Assembly (NCBI GenBank): GCA_038087875.1
Contig: JAXLNO010000462.1
Location: forward strand, 310,001 to 374,000
DNA from: Malacoraja senta
Lineage: Eukaryota
Reading direction: 5' to 3'
DNA: 64,000 nucleotides
The position numbers and the translations under genes were made by a program. The notes beneath the pieces are model-generated. The model was not told the origin of the DNA. It was given only the letters and a program-made list of their open reading frames with translations, and searched no databases. Positions 59,696 through 64,000 of this stretch are shown here, piece after piece; the stretch's first letter is position 1; each line of letters opens with the position of its first letter.

Positions 59696-62293
59696 TTAGG
59701 TTGCCAAATGGCAGTTAGGTGGTCATATAAGATGGCTTGCATCACGCGTGCGATAATGTGCTCGGACGAAGTGCGTAGTTACCAGTCGGAATTATGCGCA
59801 ATGAAGCATTCACATATTTCTGCTTCAAATAAAGTCACAAACTAAACATATTCACCAATCAAGTCATGATATATACCACAATGACATGCAGCAAAATCAT
59901 AATACAGTATCTCAACTCTTTATACACATTGCAATTAATGCAATTTTATTAGTTCTTTCCACTTCCAAACAAAAATGTGGTTGGATTATTCAGCGTATGA
60001 TCAACTTGTGTCAATAAATCCTGGACCATGATAACATATATGCTTAACCATGCACACTATAGATTGATGCAAGCATGTTTTCTGTGAAGGACCATAAATT
60101 ATCATGACATGGCCATAGCATGGGTCGTTATTGCTATTGGTACAGAAACACTCTCGCTTCCCACATAATTTATCCACAACAAAAATATACAGGTTGCAAG
60201 GAATTTTCTAAAGGCATTTTATGATAATGGCTGTTAAAAACTGACTATACCCATCTGACAGGTTAAACATTACACTAAACTAACAAGAGATGGCCAAAGG
60301 ACATAACTGCAGCAAATGTTCTTTTGGTAATATATTTAAAGGCGTCAAGACACCACATTACCGGACATTCAGATTAGATGTTTGTGTGTGAACAGCAATG
60401 AAGATACCCAGTTTGTAAGCAACAATTGTTTTTAATTGTTGATAGATACCCAGTTTGTAAGCAACAATTGTTTTTAATTGTTGATAAACACTTTGTCCAT
60501 CATTCCCACCAGAATTAACGTTAAAATTTCAACTGAAATATCTCCTGACCAAATTTGTGATGTATAGGACTGACTAGAAGTAAAATCTGGATAAATCCAA
60601 CGTATAGTTGTGAATGTTGCTCATTAAATAACTACAGTACTGATACTCCATATTAAGAGTGTTAAAGAAGGAACTGCAGATGCTGGAAAATCGAAGGTAC
60701 ACAAAAATGCTGGAGAAACTCAGCGGGTGCAGCAGCATCTATGGAGCGAAGGAAATAGGTAAAGTTTCGGGCCGAAACCCTTCTTCAGATTAAGAGCATT
60801 GATTTGCCATAAAAAATGAATTCTGTAATAAGGTGTCAACGGTAGCAGTGACAATCGAACATTGCGGTTTTAATGTTTCACGTGTTCACATCTTTATGAA
60901 TTAAAACAAATAATAACATTGGGAATTAAAACATATTTGATTGCATTCCATTGTCAAACATAGTCAATGTTCGCTCTGAAGACATTTCCAGCACAATAGT
61001 GTCGGGGGGGGGGGGGGGATTGAATCAGTGCAGGATGGATAGATGGCGGTGGGGGGGGGGTTGAGAAGGCAAACGGTGCGGATTGGATGGATTGAGGCAG
61101 GGGAATTAGTGCGTGTTGGTTGGAGTTGGTAAAATTGTGAGGGGAGAGTGCGGGGGATGACGGGTTGAATGGGGATAATCTGTGCAGGATGAAGGGGTAG
61201 TGCAGGATGGATGGGAAGGGAGGTCAGGACAGGATGAATTGGGGCCAGTGTAGGATTGATGGGGAGTGGCAGGAGAATCAATGCGAGGTGGAAAGGGAGA
61301 TCAGTGCAGGATGAATAGATGGGGGGGGGAGTAGATGAGGACGGGAGCACAGGGATGTCAGTGAGGACTGAATAGAGGCAGGAATGGGGATCAGTGCGGG
61401 ATGGAGAGGAGGGGTCTCAGGGTGAGGGGGGCGTACAATATCGAGAGAGGAAGGGGCAGAGGAGGTGGGAAGGAAGGTCAGCGCTCCTCGGACAACACCA
61501 GCATCATTGCTGCAGGCACGGGGGAACACAATATGTTGGCAGCCGCGCGCGCATGCGCACACACACGCGCGGGGCTTCGGAGGCCCTGTGAACGGTAATT
61601 TCAGCCCAATTCAGCGCTAAATGCAGCTCAACTCTGCCTGACTCGCCGACAGCCCTGTCTTGATTGAGATCTGGATTAAGTTAACCTGGCGGGACCAGCA
61701 GAGTTGAGCTGGGTTTAGCGCTGCTTCTCTGCGCTGGCTGTGGGCACCGCTCCCGTCTGACCCGGGCGTGGAGAGGGGGCTCTGGTGGGGACGGAATGGT
61801 CCAGTGGCGGTTCGACAGCGCCGGAGACCGGGATCGATCCTGGCTGCGGTGCAGGGCTGCCCAGAGCGTTTTGGCACGTCTCCCTCCTCCAGTCACCGCG
61901 ATCTATCCTCCCCCTACTTCCGCCTCTGACTGACACCTCCCTCCTCCAAGGGTTTGTTTTGGAAAGCGCCGTTGGCGGAGTGGCAGCAACATTCGCTAAC
62001 AGGGCGGGCGGGGTGAGGGAGGAGGAGATGGAGCCGCTGCTGTGCGGGGCCCGTCATTCGCGCCGACCCTCCGTCATGCCACACTTTCCCACGCATTACA
62101 GCCGTCGCCGACACAAAACGTCACGTTCCTTTTCTCCAGCGATGCTGCCGGACCCGTGGAGTTACTCCAGTTTTTTGTGTATCTTCGGTATAAATCAAGT
62201 TGCCAAGCCGGGCGAAATGACTCGGCGTTTAGGTTGCCCGGCGGCACTTTGGGTGGTCAGTGGCACCCGGGCAACCGCTAATTTCAAGCCCTT
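59696..62293 (-). mobile_element. Non-autonomous hAT-like DNA transposon, copy 3 (inverted, about 60 bp of one end lost)
   Basis: Reverse complement of copies 1 and 2; ends cccgggcaaccgctaatttcaagccct. Confidence 0.85.
60660..60788 (-). mobile_element. Hammerhead-core short repeat with 8-bp TSD attaagag
   Basis: TSD at 60652-60659 and 60789-60796; absent at this site in copies 1 and 2. Confidence 0.85.
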
Positions 62294-62329
62294 GCCGCTG
62301 AAACGGGGCGCAAGGAGCTCGGAAAATTC

Positions 62330-64000
62330 GCCGCCCTGTACGCCGAGTACAGATGCTCCCCGAATCCGGTGCCTCATATTCAGGATTTCTCCGCGCACCT
62401 CGAGGGCGCCGCGCAATTCTTCAAGGTGGACCTCGTCAGGGGTTACAACCAGATCCCCGTCCACCCTGACGATGTCCCGAAAACCGCCACGATCACCCCA
62501 TTAGGCCTGTTCGGATGCCTTTCGGTTTAAAGAACACCGCGTGGGCATTCCAGTGGCTGATGGACCAGGTCGGTCGTGGTCTGCCTTTCGTGTTCATTTA
62601 TTTAGATGACATTCTTGTCGCCAATGCCTCGCAGCCGGAGCACATCGCCAACCTCCGGGTTTTGTTTCAGCGCCTCCATGAGCACGGCCTCGTCCTTAGC
62701 CCCGCGGTGCCAGTTTGCCGTGCGTTCTATCTCCTTCCTGGGGCACAGGGTAACCCCGCAGGGCGCTACCCAGCTTCCCGAGAAGGTCGAGGCCGTCTGG
62801 CAGTTCCCACGGCTGCCCACCGTGAAGGGACTGAGAGTGTTTCTGAAGAAGTCTGAAGAAGGGTTTCGGCCCGAAACGTTGCCTATTTCCTTCGCTCCAT
62901 AGATGCTGCTGCACCCGCTGAGTTTCTCCAGCATTTTTGTGTACCACCGTGAAGGGACTGCAGGAGTTTGTCGGCATGGTGACATTTTATCATCGTTTCG
63001 TGCCAGCGGCTGCTGCCATCATGCGCCCCCTTTACCGGTGTCTGGCAGGGACCTCGTATGGTTCGCGGAGACGGATGCAGCTTTCGAGGGTGCTAAAGCG
63101 GCCTTGGCCAATGCTACCACATTGGTGCACGGTGCTTCCGCCCCCACCGTGCTCACCGTCGACCCCTCGGATGCTGCAGTAGGCGGTGTGTTGAAGCAGC
63201 TCGTTGACCCCTGCTGGCAGCCGCGGGCGTTTTACAGCGGGCTTCTGAATGCAAATACAGCACTTTCGACCGTGAGCTTCTAGCGCTATACCTGGCCATC
63301 CGGCATCTCAGGTATTTCCTCGAGGGCCGCACGTTCACCGCGTTCACGGATCAGAAGCCCCTTACTTTCGCTCTCGGTAAGATCGCTGATCCGTGGTCCG
63401 CTCGGCAGCAACATCTCGGAATTTGCGACCGATATCTGATACGTAGCAGGGAAGCCTAACGTCGTTGCTGATGCCTTATCCTGCCCGGCCATTCCCTCCG
63501 TTTCGGCCCTCGACCACGGCGTCGACTACTGCGAGCTGGCAGCAGCGCAGCGGGCGGATGCCGGTATGGACGGCTACCGCTCCGCTGGCACCGGCCTTCG
63601 GCTGGCAGAAGTGCCTTGCGGTGTGGAAGGCACCGTGGTCTTGTGCGACGTTTCCAATGAACGGGCCCGCCCTATCGTCCCTGTAAGTTGGAGACTGCGA
63701 GTTTTTGACGCTGTCCATGGCCTGGCCCACCCGTGCATCTGGCGGCCAAGTTTATTTGGCATGGGCTCCGCAAGCAGGTAGCTGCCTGGGCCCACGCCTG
63801 TGTCCCTTGTCACACCTCCAAGGTCCAGCAGCACATGCGGCTCCCGGTGCAGGATTTCGCGGTCCCCGAGGGCCGCTTCCTGCACGTGTATGTGGACCTT
63901 GTCGGTGGCATCGTAGACCGTTTCACGTGGTGGCCGGAGGCGATCCCACTGACGGATACCTCCGCCGTGGCGTGTGCTCGGGCTATGGCGGTCCACTGGA
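62330..64000 (+). mobile_element. Ty3/gypsy LTR retrotransposon pol remnant (RT, RNase H, integrase), runs off the window
   Basis: KVDLVRGYNQIP, MPFGLKN, YLDDILVA, YSTFDRELLA, FTDQKPL, NVVADALS; frameshifted. Confidence 0.9.
62834..62943 (+). mobile_element. Hammerhead-core short repeat with 17-bp TSD ccaccgtgaagggactg inside gypsy pol
   Basis: TSD at 62817-62833 and 62944-62960; core ctgaagaagggtttcggcccgaaacgtt at 62853-62880. Confidence 0.88.

Noticed and set aside
60402..60485. 42-bp perfect tandem duplication
   Set aside because: Local slippage within transposon copy 3; no further structure
61785..62504. 239-aa ORF
   Set aside because: Stop-poor GC-rich frame crossing a DNA-transposon end into an off-frame gypsy RT

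Overview
Eukaryotic (vertebrate) genomic DNA. The repeat complement (HER1-like CR1 LINEs, HE1-like V-SINEs, Penelope pieces) suggests a cartilaginous fish, probably a skate or ray; this is inference. One host gene runs across most of the window on the + strand: a Tectonic-family ciliary transition-zone gene, best matching TCTN3. I read 14 coding exons from 2977 to the stop at 52902 that splice in frame (about 521 codons); the first exon is not in the window. The gene includes 30-nt and 27-nt micro-exons and a clear U12-type AT-AC intron (49180-49486). The introns are packed with nested transposons: many CR1 copies, L1, L2, Rex1/Babar, a Penelope fragment, several non-autonomous hAT- and Tc1/pogo-like elements with identifiable TIRs and TSDs, a 5.4-kb endogenous retrovirus with two identical 793-bp LTRs around a decayed, RT-less interior, and a Ty3/gypsy pol remnant at the right edge. 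About eight short insertions carry a Penelope-type minimal hammerhead ribozyme core with covarying stem II. Most ORFs in the supplied track are retroelement debris or translations of low-complexity DNA. Family assignments come from recalled motifs, not database searches, and coordinates of decayed TE ends are approximate.
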